Below, one piece after another: positions 12,873 to 26,033 of a stretch of 64,000 nt of DNA (position 1 is the first letter of the stretch; each line of letters opens with the position of its first letter). The notes under the pieces are model-generated. The model saw only the letters and a program-made list of their open reading frames with translations. It made no database searches and was not told where the DNA came from. The position numbers and the translations under genes are program-made. This DNA comes from the human T2T-CHM13v2.0 reference genome, Homo sapiens: assembly GCF_009914755.1 (NCBI RefSeq), contig NC_060947.1. One strand, given 5' to 3'.

Positions 12873-13990
12873 TGTGTGTGTCTTCTAAGGCTATCTTCTG
12901 ATAACATCTGGAAATAATGACACGTCAAAAGCTATGATCCCTAAATGCTATAAACTATTGAAGAGAAGCAGGGCTATTTAGAGAAACTGCTATTTTTAAG
13001 CATAGGATATGGGAAATGCAAGGTGAACTTCAGACAGCCTGTTGAGCCAGAAAGCAAGGAAGCACTCAAATATTAATGGGATTTAGTCAGGAGAGCATGG
13101 AAGCTAGCTTGAAGGGGCTCCCATTGACCAAATTTGGGGCCATTTAAGAATCCAAAAGAAATAATGAGGCTGTATATTTTTGAAGAATTCAAATTAATTT
13201 TCATATTATTCCAACTAAAATTAGTTGGAAAGTTCATACACCTTCGCTGCAATACATGAAAATGGTATGTCTTCCAAAAAATGGCTATCACTGATTGAAA
13301 TACATTAACTATATTAAAATCCATGTGTCTGTAAGAAGGAAACAAGAAAACACTCTTTTGCCATCTTTGGAGAAGATTATTACACCTATTACTTACCCTG
13401 GAATTTGTATTGAAGAAACAGAAACATTTATCTTGGTTTGCTATTGGAATCATATTTGAGTAACCAAATTAACATAGCTAATGAGAAAGCTCTTTCTCAA
13501 ACTAGAATGACAGCTGACAAGTGTAGAATAAATGATTAAATTAGAAAGCCATCAATTGGTAGCCTCTCATGTAGCCCTTCATTCAGACAAGGATTATCCA
13601 CAGATGTTAAAACCACTAGGTAAACTGGTGATGGGGAATTGAATAATCCCATGTTATTAGAGAATCACCTCAGATATTACAAACTGTTTGCCAGAAGGGC
13701 AATGTAACTTAACAAGGGAGGGATCCAGTTGTTACCAACCTAGCCCAGTGATCAGTTATCATTTTTTAATAAGAATGGGACAATCAGAACTTATGAGGTG
13801 ATGTCATAGGAAATACACACAATGACTTACTGAAGTTCCTTCCAATATGTGTTTAATGTTAATTATATCAAGCCTAAAGATTTGACTTCCAGTTTACAGG
13901 AAACATAGGGGATAGAGAAGCAAGTAAAATGACACCAAGAGGTAACAACTGAACAAGTCTAGGAAGTCGAACTATTATGTGAAGCAGTTG
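12470..13990 (+). mobile_element. L1MC-type 3' region, part 1
   Basis: ggaagctagcttgaaggggctcccattgaccaaatttgggg and ttgacttccagtttacaggaaa resemble the L1MC4/5 3'UTR; interrupted by (TG)n. Confidence 0.7.
12839..12881. repeat. (TG)n microsatellite
   Basis: Directly visible. Confidence 0.95.
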
Positions 13991-14400
13991 GGCTCCACTG
14001 ATCACCAAAAGTGTTAGGAAAACACCAACAATCTTTGCACGGTGTAGGCTAGAACTTATAGGCAGAAGCTTCCACACTAGGATGTGTGCAGAGCAGAAGG
14101 CATTATGTATGATATTATAAAAGAGGGAATTCTTTTCATGACTGGCTTTGCAAGTAGGAGGAGCCTGGGAATTGTGGGCTCAGGAAAGTGACAGACAAGC
14201 ACTGTGGGTAGTTGAAAGCATCTGCTGACAGAGCCTGGCAGCCTTGTGGAAAGTTAAGGCTATGTGCAGTACCTCCCGCTAGGAGGAAGGAGAGCCACCA
14301 TTCTCAGCTAGCAGGAAACCTGGAGAGAACCAAGTGTCATTCCATTTGGTGGAATCCATTCTACTTATCTCCTTCTGGTGATGCTCCCCTATGGGGACTT

Positions 14401-14780
14401 TTGGCCTGGTTTCTTCAGCAGGTCAATGGGATGAAAAAAATGTTTTTAGATTAAGAGATTTAAGGGAGACAACAATCACATGGAATGGATGCTTCTTGAT
14501 TGGATCCTGGTTTGGCAATTGTAGAAATTTGAACATGAATTGAGTTATATATGACATTAGGGAATTATTGTTAATTTTGTTAGATTTATAAAGATACTAT
14601 GATCATATAAAGACTCATTATTTTATCAGAGATGCATACTTAGGTATTTAGGGGATGAGATGTTATAATGTCTGTAAGTTACTTTAAAATACTTCAGACA
14701 AAATAGATGAGGAAAATATGGGAAAATCTACGTGGTGGATTTCCATTATGTTTCTATTTTTCTGTTTATTTGAAAAGTTG
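14401..14780 (+). mobile_element. L1MC-type 3' region, part 2
   Basis: cctggtttcttcagcaggtcaatggg, tagattaagagatttaagggagac and gagatgcatacttaggtatttagggg continue the same L1. Confidence 0.7.
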
Positions 14781-15369
14781 TGCACGCTCTCTCTATATAT
14801 ATATATGTAACATATACATATATTCTAATAAATGTTTCATGGATTAAATCAAGCCTGCAGATTTAATTATATATTTAATTAAAATATTCAATAAAATATT
14901 TTAAATAAATTATATATAAATAAATATAAAAGAATGTGTTTTCTGTATTATCATTTTCTACCAAGTACTAAATGATTTGCAAGCAAGCTGAAAACTGTAA
15001 TTAAAATAATTAGGTGGTCAGTAGAAGTCTAAGCAGGACTAAATTAATAAATGTGCTAACTGGATGGCCCTGCTGAGAACCTTAGCTTATTTGGATTTAA
15101 CTGTGGCATACGTTATTTTTAATAGCAAATTTAATATTTGTATAGCACTTTGTTTTTCTACCATTGTTTTCAAACATTAGCAGAATTTTGAAAAGTAAAT
15201 ATTGCTTCCACTTTAAGCTCCCTATTTCCTCCCCAGAAAAAAAACCGTTATCAATTATATGCAGATTCATTGTTTGCCTTCTATATTCATAATTATCTAC
15301 CTTGCTTTTTTGTTTTGTTTAGTTTTTAAATGTTTATCGTAACTTTTAAAAGTTTCAGTTATTAGATTT

Positions 15370-16500
15370 TAGTTTTGACCTTTATTAGGGAACATTTCAA
15401 ACACTCAAAAGGTAAATAATAGTTTAACAAAGCCCCAAAAAAGCCTCAGTTAATGAAGTACCCATTATCCAGCTACAGTAATCTTTTGCGCAGGGCCAAC
15501 CTTGTCTCATCTATACTCCTTTTCCTTCCCACAATTCATCAAGTATTAATCTTTATAATTCATAGATAGTTATTAAACAAATCCCAAACACTATGTCATT
15601 TCACTCAGAAAGCTTCATTACGCTGCTTTGGAATAAAAGAGTTCTTCTTTTCGTACCCTTAACATCATTATCAAGCCTAACAAAATAAAATAACTATTTA
15701 GTATTATGGAAATATCCAGTCAGTGTTCAAATTTCCCTTAATGGTTCGTAAATGCACTTTCAAAGTTGGTTTGTTATAAGGATTCAAACAAGGTCCGTGT
15801 ATTGCATTTGGTTGAAATGTTTCTTAGTCCTATTTAATCAATATGCTGTTTAGTTGGTAATGTGTCTTAGAGATCATTCTAATGACCAAGTTTTTAATTA
15901 GCTGCCTAGTAAGCCATTGCACAGGTGTTCCATCATGTATTTTGTCAGTCCCCAGTGGTGGATGGTTAAACTTTTCTCAGCCTCTTACTGTTATAAACTG
16001 TGCTATGCAGTAAATAGTCTCAAACATGTGGCTCTGTACATGCTTGAGATGCAAGAATACACATAAGACAAATCCCTATACAAGGCATCATTCAGTCAAA
16101 TGGCATTTGCAATTTTGACAAAAATTGATAAATTGTCTACCAAAGAGATTGCCCCAAGGCTACACCTGTTACCGCTTACCCATACCCACACCAACAATGG
16201 GTATTATAGAACTTTGTGCTGATATGATAGGTGAAAAATGGTAACTAATGTTTTATTTTCATTTTCTTAACTGGGAGCAAAACAGATTATCCCTTTGTTT
16301 ATAAAATATTTGTACTTTATTCTCTATGAACTGTTTGTGACCTTTGACTATTTTTCTATTGGATTGTTTGTCTTTTCTTGTAGATTTCATGAACAATATA
16401 TTTAGTAGGGAAATTAGTTAGTTTTATATGTGTTGCAAATTTTTTTCTTGTTTTACTGTTTGCCTTTTAATTTATTTGTGGTTTTATGCACTGGATTTTT
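15370..16500 (-). mobile_element. Old L1MC/L1ME fragments
   Basis: Antisense 3'UTR motifs (aacatttcaaacac, cagtcagtgttcaaatttccc) and ORF2-end motifs (gataggtgaaaaatggta). Confidence 0.65.
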
Positions 16501-17109
16501 TCTACATAAATTACATGCTCTCCTTTATCCACTTCAAGGTGATAAAATTTCTTTCGTGATTTCTTTACATACAGGGCACTGGAATGTTCAAAGCCCTCTG
16601 CATATGTTATTTTATTTGTAACAAAAGAGAGTGACAAGAGTTGGCTAAGTGATTCCACTCACATCTTCTAACTTCACTTTGAGCACTTGCCTGGTAAACA
16701 TTAATAAATATGCAAGCATGGAATCCCCCCTAAATTCATCCCAGAAATATTCTACCAGGAATACACTCTTTAATCAAATAATTATTAGAAATACTGGATA
16801 ACTTCCTGGATGGTCTCTATTTTCCATTATTACCTTTAGTGATGTGATTGAGAGTAACTGAAGAGGATGGTGAGTAATGCTATTTTTTCCTGAATATTAT
16901 TAATAGAATTTCCAGTAGTGGTTAATTGAGTAAGGTATTGAGTGAAATTGGTGACCTAAAAAGTCCTTCTGCAACAAAAGCAAAAACAGTTTTCAATGGA
17001 AGAAGTCTGAAGTCAGGTTGAGTTAGCCCCTTACTGCATAATACTGGATAATAGAGGAGATACTTTAGCTCCTTTTGTTGGAAAATAGTGCTGAGAAAAA
17101 ATAAGAAGT

Positions 17110-17210
17110 CAGTCAGAAGTTAAATGAGTTGCCCAAGGTCACACAGAAAGTAAGTGGTGGAGCCAGGATTTATATCTAAGTTTCCAAGTTTGCACTCTAG
17201 CCATCATTCT
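17110..17210 (-). mobile_element. MIR fragment
   Basis: gaagttaaatgagttgcccaaggtcacacagaaagtaagtggtggagccaggattt. Confidence 0.8.
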
Positions 17211-17789
17211 ATGTTTTCTCAAAAGAATAATCTAGAAACCAGAGAAGATATTAGTGTGAGGCAATTACTTGTTGAAAGTAAATTTTGGGTGTTACTGGTC
17301 CTCATTTATCTTGCAAGACAATCGTTTCTGCTTCTAATGAAACTACTTTGCTTATACAACCCATGAAGCATTTGTCTTGTAAAAACATGCTATGTGTAGC
17401 ATGTACACCCTCCTGCCCGCAGTTGTCGAGGGGGTCACACTAAGCCATATCAAAAGAAATTCAGTAGTTAGTTGTTACTTATGAATATTGATTTTATATG
17501 TACATGTGTGCATATATGTAAGAATAAAGTAAGTAAAATTGCCACATAAATTAAGTAAAATTGCCCCCCTTTTTACTGTGAAGATATCAAATCATTTGAT
17601 TAGGGAGAAGTTTCCATTATTAAATATGAAACGCAGAGCCTGAGCAGAGTCAAGGAAATAAAACACAGATTTTTCTTTTAAAAGCAAAATTGGGACAAGG
17701 TACAAATAAAAGGAATTCTACAAACCCAAAAAGTGTATGTATCTCGACCCAATGAAATCTTATGGGTATACTGTAATTATTACAACTTT

Positions 17790-17930
17790 AATTGAACATT
17801 CTTCATGTGTTAGGTGTTAGATTAAGGCCTTATTTGGATTATCCCATTTCATCCTCATAATAACTTTTGAATTACATACTATCAATTTCCCCGTTTTACA
17901 GATGAGAACACTAAATAAGGCTCAGAGGTC
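17790..17930 (-). mobile_element. MIR fragment
   Basis: catttcatcctcataataac...ccccgttttacagatgagaacact. Confidence 0.75.
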
Positions 17931-18874
17931 AGGGTGGATCTATAATTCAGAGTTAGGGCTATGCAACATTGACTGTCTAATTGCCCACAGTTACTATGTG
18001 CTGAAATGATCTGCTAGAGTTTAAGGACCCAGCTTTGTCAATATGGCACCAGCTTATCCTCCAATCTATGGTATGACTCAGCTAGAGAAGGCTTAAAGAA
18101 GGAATTTTACTTGAGCTAAGTCTTATAAATCAGAGGATAAGAAAGATCTGAGTTAGCAGAGAAAAGAAGGAAAGGCCATCCAAAGAAAGAAAACTAATAT
18201 ATTGGGAATCATGAATATTAATATTTGATAAGCAGCTTATGCATTAACTTTAAAGATGTTATGCCACTGGCTTCTTTTTAAGAGTAATGTCCCTAGACAC
18301 TCTGTTTCATCCATAACAAATCTAATCAGTTACCAGCTTGCCAAGAAACTGCTAAAATCACCTTCTTCCCTGAGACTCAAATTCCAGACACGTTAAGACA
18401 TGGGGTGCTAGGAATGGTTTAAGGTAGAGATAATAAAATGTAAAACTGAGTCCTATTTTGAACTTTTCAAGTCAAAGCAATGAGAGCCTTCACACAGAAT
18501 CTACAATAAATGCAACCTGAAAGTTGAAATGAATTTAGCATGTTAATGTTCTTCATGATGTGATCAGTCTTATCAATTACAGCTACAGCAGCCCTGAGCA
18601 GTTTGTGAAGAATTGCCAATAAAAATACTAAAATCAGCTCTGCACAAGATGGGAGTATCATGACATCTGTTTTCAAAATTACTCTGCTGTAATTGTTGAA
18701 TCTCATTATAGTTGGTAAAAATTGTATTCTTTCACCTGGGATAAGTGCCTGTGATTTTAAATAGCATCACTTCAGAAATGACAATTGTGAATCCATGCTA
18801 ATTACATCGCTGTGCTGTACTTGCCAAAAAGAGAGGATTCTTACCAGTGATTTGTACCACTTTGGGTGTTCATG

Positions 18875-19395
18875 ACTGTGGGCAGCAATGAACCTCACAT
18901 CAAACTGACTTTGGCAGGGAAGTAATGTAATAACACATGGGACACGAAGTCCAGAAGTAGTGTGAGCTTCAGAGATTCAGCTGTGCCATCAAGGACTTGA
19001 GTTCTTTCTGTTTCTCCCATCTGAGGCTTTGAAACTTGTAAAAAATAAAAAAGAAAGAAATAGCTTCTTCTCAAGCCTATAGGGTTGAATTCATCCTAAG
19101 GCATGCTCCCCTTGTAGTTGTAGGACAGCTGCAGGTAAGAATCTATACCTACCCCGTCCGCCTTCAGTTATGTCTCTCGAGTGAGAGGGAGGCTTTTCAT
19201 GGGTCTCTCCTAAGACTGGTGAAGCTTCCTTCCCACACACCCCAAGCAAGTCTCTCCCGGCCTGTCTTTGGTCCAAACTAGCTTAGGCCTGCCCAGCCCT
19301 GAAATAATTACTGGCAAGAAAGATGGAATTTTCATGACTGTCTTAGAGGCTAAGTGGTTGGGGTAGACTAGATTCTGGAGAGTTAGCCACAATAC
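18875..19395 (-). mobile_element. MLT1K-like MaLR LTR
   Basis: gaagtccagaagtagtgtgagcttcag...gccatcaaggac...cccagccctgaaataattactggcaagaaagatggaat. Confidence 0.6.
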
Positions 19396-19661
19396 TCATC
19401 ATACTATAATTTTTAGTTCAATATTAAATATTCTCAGAGCATCAAGGAAGCCCTCTTTGAAAAACTGAGGTAATCCCAGGAAGTATGATTTAATTTAGTA
19501 GACAGTCAGCCTCCTTTGATGCATCACAAGCCATCAACACTAGAAGTGGGAGTACCTACCATTCCATCATTTTCAGTGGTCCCAAAGGATTTGGTGACAA
19601 AATAGGCCATGTTCTGAGAAGCAGCCCCTAAAGAAAACTTCCCTAGGTAGGTAGGTTTTCT

Positions 19662-19663
<2 letters not shown>

Positions 19664-19709
<46 letters not shown>

Positions 19710-19730
19710 CCTCACTCTTTCTCTCTCTCT
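19664..19730. repeat. (TC)n microsatellite
   Basis: Directly visible; source of the ERERER ORFs. Confidence 0.95.
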
Positions 19731-20717
19731 CTTTTCCTCCTCCACCCTTGGCTTGAAATTTGCAAAAAGAAAGGAGTAGTGTCTTCTTAAAACTAGGCTC
19801 CACAAGTTCACGAGCTTTCTTTCCACACTGGTATAAAGCAACATCCTCATCTTTTACCTTTGCCAGCATGGTTCAGTATTCATCTGCTCAGGTACATGAC
19901 TAGATTTTATAATAAAATTTGGAAACATTCGGGTTTAAAATAGCTGCTTTTTTGTCGGTTGCTGTATAGTTAAACTAATTCACATAGAGTCCTGATTTGA
20001 GCCAAGATTATATATTTGTAAGGCAGTACATCCCCCACTGTAATGTGCATACAAACGACCATAATTTAGTTAAAGTGCATACAGTAAATCCTCAGAAAGA
20101 ATAATGTTAATGTCAGCAAGACCAAGGGTATCTCTAGAAGGACATGGTGAGATGATGGCATACTGGAACGAAGGTGGGAAGAGCAAAATAAACCTACTAA
20201 GGAAGTTGTGTTGAAATTTTGTATTGTATTTCTACAGAAAATGGAGGACCAAATGGAGATATTGGATCTGCTTTCTGTTGTCCACATGACTCAGGTCAAC
20301 CTACTATTTTTCCCACATAAGCCTCCAGACGTAACAGATGAATTCAAGCATCCAAGTTTCTTTGGCTTATTCCTCCCTTGCATTTCCCAATCCTATACTC
20401 ATATTAAGCAGTGTACTGACTCACAATACTGCAATTTGAGAATGCTATATGCAGAATCCTGTGATCAGTTTTCCAGTAAGCCATCTGGCCTCAATTCTCT
20501 ACAATGGTCCACTTATTTGTGTATGTTCCTACCAAGCTCTGGAGTCCCGATGACAAATGATACCTATCTGTTCCTTTACCTTCTTTTGTGACATTCTCAG
20601 TCACATACCTGACCTAAGCTTGAGAGACCCTACAAGAGTAGGTTTGCACAACAGAACCAGAAAGGATACCTCTCTCCAACATCTTCTCAAGTGTATCTTC
20701 TCCATTCTCTCTTTCAG

Positions 20718-20739
20718 GCACACACACACACACACACAC
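20718..20739. repeat. (CA)n microsatellite
   Basis: Directly visible. Confidence 0.9.
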
Positions 20740-21006
20740 AATTTGTAAAATCTAGAGGGAATCTCTATTACTTCAAAGCCCCTTGCTGGAGGGTACTCCA
20801 GAACTGTGTGAGTAAATTTCTTCTTCCACATTTTAGACATGTGTTAGGGAAAATGATAGGCAGAGAATGATTTTATTTGTCTCACCTAGTTAAGTGCTTC
20901 TTCCAAAATAAGCATAAGCATTTCCTCTTAAGCGTTGCTGAAAACCATTCATCCAGTTTCTGCTTAGACTCTGCTGAGACAGCCCATTTCATCGTTGGGT
21001 TTTTGC

Positions 21007-21042
21007 TTGTTTGTTTGTTTGTTTGTTTGTTTGTTTGTTTTG
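21007..21042. repeat. (TTTG)n microsatellite
   Basis: Directly visible. Confidence 0.9.
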
Positions 21043-21159
21043 AACAGCTATTTGAGAAGTTCTATAGTCTTAGCTGAGAGCTGGCATCACTGTATCACTT
21101 CCTTACTTTGGCTCTACCTCTGTATTTTTCCTTTTCTCTTCCACTTGGAAATCTTTCAA

Positions 21160-21350
21160 AAAGTTAAAGACAGCTACCACTTCCCCTAATGTTTCTCATT
21201 TCCCTGTGAAACACGACTGGATCATTTAATGATTCCACATTTAACATGACTACCACATTTTATTATCTTAGTAATCCTCATCTGTTCCTTGTTTATGAAT
21301 ACCCATCTTGAAATTCCTTGCCCAGGACATTATCCAATAAAGTTTAAACA
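21160..21350 (-). mobile_element. Possible L3/CR1 fragment
   Basis: aagacagctaccacttcccctaatgtttctcatttccctgtgaaacac resembles L3 antisense; very degenerate. Confidence 0.4.
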
Positions 21351-21544
21351 TTGGGACAAGTCTCTATAGAACACTGTACTAAATATTGATCCAGAATAAA
21401 AATCATTTGTTTGTTTGCTTATTTTCTTGCTTGTTTAAGTGGCCAATGAACAATACAGACTTTTATGCTGCTTGTGTCAACTAAAAAACATCTAGGGCTT
21501 CTTTAAAAAACAAAAACAAAACAAGAACCAGCTCTTTCTCATCC

Positions 21545-21700
21545 CAGAAGATAGTTGATATAGTACAAAAAGCATGGTATTTAGAATAAAAAAGCATGCA
21601 TTCACGTTCGGACTTTTGCTGCTTACTGACCTTGGTCAAGTCATTTTGTCTTTTCTGGGACTCCATTCCTTTCACCTGGAAAACAGGATTGTTCAGAAGA
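21545..21700 (+). mobile_element. MIR fragment
   Basis: tgaccttggtcaagtcattt...ctccattcctttcacctggaaaacagg. Confidence 0.65.
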
Positions 21701-21909
21701 TCTGACTTACCTAACTGATAGGAGTCTTTGGAAAATCAGTTGGGATAATACATGTCAAAGAATTTTCTTGATTGAAAAACGTGATACAAATTTGAGTAAT
21801 GCTCAGTTATGCCATGTTTGTATAATCCAGTGCTAATTTCATTCCTGAAGAAACTTGTCAGAAGTAATGCATCAAGGTATGTCCTGAGTTTCTGAAGTGG
21901 AGTTGATGA

Positions 21910-22236
<327 letters not shown>

Positions 22237-22625
22237 GTTTTGAACATAACTTTTAACCTAGGGTTTATTCTAAACCAATTTCAATATGATCACTTTCTTT
22301 TCTATGCCCATCGTTTGGGTTTTATACTTGTATTTAAAAAAATTTTAAGGCAAAAAGAGAAAGAAAAATATAAGAAACACCTGTGTACCAGCCAACAAAA
22401 AAGGGGGAAAGTATTTCATGCATTATTTTTATTTTTGTGTTTTGACATTGTAGTCAGTAGAACATTAATGATGTAGTTGAAATCTCCTTCATCTTTTCTA
22501 GTTCCATCTCCCACACTTCCCATAGTCAACTGCCAGCGCAGAGGGGTGTGCAACCTCCTGCCTATGTTTCATATTTTACTACAAAAATAGACATCCATGA
22601 ACATTTAATGGTGCTTTTTTTCCCT

Positions 22626-22889
22626 TTTTTTATTATTATTATACTTTAAGTTTTAGGATACATGTGCACAACGTGCAGGTTTGTTACATGTGTATACATG
22701 TGCCATGTTGGTGTGCTGCACCCATTAACTCGTCATTTAGCGTTAGGTATATCTCCTAATGCTATCCCCCCCCTTCCCCCTCCCCCAACCCCACAACAGT
22801 CCCCGGTGTGTGACGTTCCCCTTCCTTTGTCCATGTGTTCTCATTGTTCAATTCCCACCTATGAGTGAGAACATGCGGTGTTTGGTTTT
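22626..22889 (-). mobile_element. Young L1PA (about PA2-PA4) 3' terminal 260 bp
   Basis: ttattatactttaagttttagg..., gtcatttagcgttaggtatatctcctaatgctatccc, gagaacatgcggtgtttgg. Confidence 0.92.
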
Positions 22890-23012
22890 ATGTGTTTAAA
22901 GTTATATGAATGTTATTATACTGTGTGTATCTGACTGCGAATTGCTCTAATACTCAACAGTGTGTTTTGAAGGTCAGCCTGTACTGAAACATATATTTTA
23001 CCTTTATTCATT

Positions 23013-23303
23013 CTTTTTGTTTTTCTAACTCTGTCATCCAGGCTGGAGTACACTGGTGTGATCATAGCTCACTGCAGCCTCTGACTCCTGAGCTCAGGTG
23101 ATCCTCCCACCTCAGCCTCCTGAGTAGCTGGGACTACAGGTGTGCACCACCACACTCAGCTAATTTTTTTTTATTTTATTTTTTGTGGAAACAAGATCTT
23201 GCTGTGTTGCCCAGGCTGGTCTTGAACTCCTGAGCTCAAGAGATCCTCCTGCCTTGGGCTCCCAAGGTGCTAGGATTACAGGTGTGAGCCACTGTGCCTG
23301 GTC
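23013..23303 (-). mobile_element. AluJ
   Basis: J diagnostics gatcatagctcactgcagcc and ctgagctcaag; degenerate TSD tattttacctttattcatt / tatttacatttattcatt. Confidence 0.9.
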
Positions 23304-23752
23304 TATTTACATTTATTCATTATAACCAATGCATTTAATCTATACACTTAGAATAACGTATTTATAAATTCCTCTGTTAGCCAATAATCAGGGTTTCCCC
23401 CAGTCGTTTTGTAATTATAGATGATGCTGCAATGCACATTGTTCTAGAGCTCTCCTGGTGAACCTGTGCCATATTTTTCTCAAGGATTTATCCTTCAAAG
23501 CAAAATCATGGTGCTCCAGGCCATACACATTTTTAACAATAATAAATTTTTCATATTTCTAGCCAAAATTCAGCAGTAAGAAAAGTTATTCTCATATCAC
23601 ATCTTTCCAACATTTTGCATTGTCAGATATTTTTACGACTATCAGTTTGATGGGTTTGAAATAGTGTCTCATTTTAATTTCTGAGTTTCAGTTTGTTTTT
23701 GTATAGTTGTTGGCATGTCTATTTCCTATTCTGCAAATTGCCTGTTCCTATT

Positions 23753-23942
23753 TGTACTATTTTCCTAATGCTGCTGCAACAAATCACCACAAACTTAGTG
23801 GCTTAAAACAGCACAATTGTATTATCTTACAGTTCTGGAGATCAAAAGTCAAAAATGGGTCTCACTGGGTTAAAATCAAGGTGTTGGCAGAGCTGCCCTT
23901 CTCCTGGAGACTCTAGAGTTGGGGAAAATCTGTTTCCTTGCT
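23753..23942 (-). mobile_element. MLT1C-like LTR fragment
   Basis: caaatcaccacaaacttagtggcttaaaacagcac...aaaatcaaggtgttggcagagctg. Confidence 0.8.
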
Positions 23943-23944
23943 GA

Positions 23945-24062
23945 TCTGTGCATTGGAGGATGTTTGGCAGCATCTCTGGCTTCTACCGCCTAGAGCCAGT
24001 AGCAAACCCCCTAGTTGTGACAACCACAAATGTCTTTAGGAGCAAAATCACCACTGGTTGAG
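23945..24062. mobile_element. MER20 fragment (hAT-Charlie)
   Basis: ctgtgcattggaggatgtttggcagcatctctggc...gttgtgacaaccacaaatgtct. Confidence 0.8.
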
Positions 24063-24740
24063 CTTTATACTGTAAATCACACTCTTTTGCCTCCTATGAT
24101 ACTAGCTGAAGGTTCTATCAGTGATAAAGCTGGATGTACCAACAGGAAAGAAAGATTCCCTGTCCTCTGCAAGTTAGAGTCATATCAGTAAGTTAGACAG
24201 GTAAATATAAGACTTCAAATCTTAGCAAAAAAAGATGAGCGGCCTAAAAGGCATAAAGGCAACAACAAAAAATAAAAAAAATATGAAGTTTATATTCTAG
24301 ATTATTTTATATTTGAGAACACGAATGTGAATATTTCCAGTTATAGTATGCTTTGAAATCAGACTTCTGCCTTTATTTTCTAGGTTATATATCAATGAAT
24401 ATTGTCTCAATATGTCACATATACAATTGAAGTGAAAACTTCTTTTCCATCTTAGTCTATTTTCATTTTATATTAAGAAGAAATCATAATCACTTGTGAT
24501 GTGTAGTGGACAAATTTCACCATGAACCAGAAAATTAACTGAGAAAATAATTATGATCTGAACAACAATGTCCATGTAATTTTAAGATCTTTCCATAATA
24601 TCCAAAAGCCTCAAGCTTTCATTTGCTTTATATTATTAAATTTTTCTGAAGACCCAGGACACGTGCAGTTAGAATTTTGACTTTTTGTCAGTTTATTCTT
24701 TCCACACTTGAGTGGAAAGAATGGACCTAGATTGAGATGC

Positions 24741-25088
24741 TGTATTAGTCCATTTTCATACTGCTATGAAGAAATAACTGAGACTGGGTAATTTATAAAG
24801 AAAAAGAAGTTTAATGGACTCACAGTTTCACATGGCTGGGGAGGCCTCACCATCAGGGTGAAAGATGAAGGAGGAACAAAGGTACGTCTCTCTGCAGGCA
24901 AGAGAGCATGTGCAGGGGAACTCCCCTTTATAAAACCATCAGATCTTGTGAGACTTATTCACTGTCAGAAGAACAGCATGGGAAAAACCTGCCCCCATGA
25001 TTCAATTACCTCCCACTGGGTCCCTCCCACAACATGTGAGGATTATGGGAGCTACAATTCAAGATGGGATTTAGGTGGGGACACATCA
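24741..25088 (-). mobile_element. THE1C 3' LTR, complete apart from a small deletion
   Basis: tgtattagtccattttcatactgct...ggggacacatca; TSD gatgc at 24736-24740. Confidence 0.92.
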
Positions 25089-26033
25089 TTCCACACCTGG
25101 CCCCTCCCAAATCTCATGTCCTCACATTTCAAAACCAATCATGCCTTCCCAACAGTCCCCCAAAGTCTTAACTCATTTCAGCATTAACTCTAAAGTCCAC
25201 AGTCCAAAGTCTCATCTGAGACAAGGCAAGTCCCTTCCACCAATGAGCCTGTAAAATCAAAAGTAAGTTAGTTACTTCCTAGATACAATGAGGGCACAGG
25301 CATTGGGTAAAAACCATTCCAAATGGGAGAAATTGGTCCAAACGAAGGAGTTAAAGGCCCCATGCGAGTCTGAAATCCAGCAGGGCAGTCAAATCTTAAA
25401 CCTCCAAAGTGATCTCCTTTGACCCTATGTCTCACATCCAGGTCATGCTGATGCAAGAGGTGGGTTCCCATGGTCTTGTGCAGCTCCACCCTTGTGACTT
25501 TTCAGGGTACAGCCCCCCTCCTGGCTGCTTTCATGGGCTAGTATTGTCTGTGGCTTTTCCAGGTGCACAGTGCAAGCTGTCGATGGATCTACCACTCTGG
25601 GTTCTGGAGGATGGTGGCCCTCTTCTCACAGCTCCACTAGGTAGTGCCCCAGTGGGGAGTCTGTGTGGGGGCTCCAACCCCACATTTCGCTTCTGCACTC
25701 CCCTAGCAGAGGTTCTCCATGAGGGCTCTACCCCCGCAGCAAACTTTAGCCTAGACATCCAGGTATTTCCATACATCCTCTAAAATCTAAGCAGAGGTTC
25801 TCAAACCTCAATTCTTGACTTCTGTGCACCTGCAGGCCCAACACCACGTGTAAGCTGCTAAGGCTTGGGGCTTGCACCCTCTGAAGCAACTGCTTGAGCT
25901 ATATCTTGGACCCTTTTAGCCACAGCTGGTAGGCAGGGAGGTAGGGCACCAAGTCTCGAGACTGCACAAAGAAGCAAGGCCCTGGGCCCAGCCCACAAAA
26001 TCGTTTTTCCTCCTAGGTTTCTGGGCCTGTGAT
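25089..26033 (-). mobile_element. THE1 internal region (3' part)
   Basis: ggcccctcccaaatctcatgtcctcacatttcaaaacc...; ORFs 25268-25776 show typical THE1-int translations (GLEPPHRLPTGALPSGAVRRGPPSSR). Confidence 0.9.

Larger units (their letters stand above)
22430..23750 (-). mobile_element. Old L1ME fragments interrupted by L1PA and AluJ
   Basis: Degenerate antisense L1 3' motifs, e.g. tgctgcaatgcacatt and gatgggtttgaaatagtgtctcattttaattt. Confidence 0.55.

Noticed and set aside
14860-14930. AT-only quasi-palindromes here and at 8660-8715
   Set aside because: Low-complexity sequence where short inverted repeats are expected.
17530-17565. 14-bp direct repeat taagtaaaattgcc twice
   Set aside because: Consistent with an ordinary small slippage duplication; no further structure.
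19573-19869. EDVALYQC resembling an immunoglobulin D-x-A-x-Y-x-C motif
   Set aside because: A stop lies just upstream, there are no other Ig strands or splice context, and the ORF runs into a (GA)n repeat.
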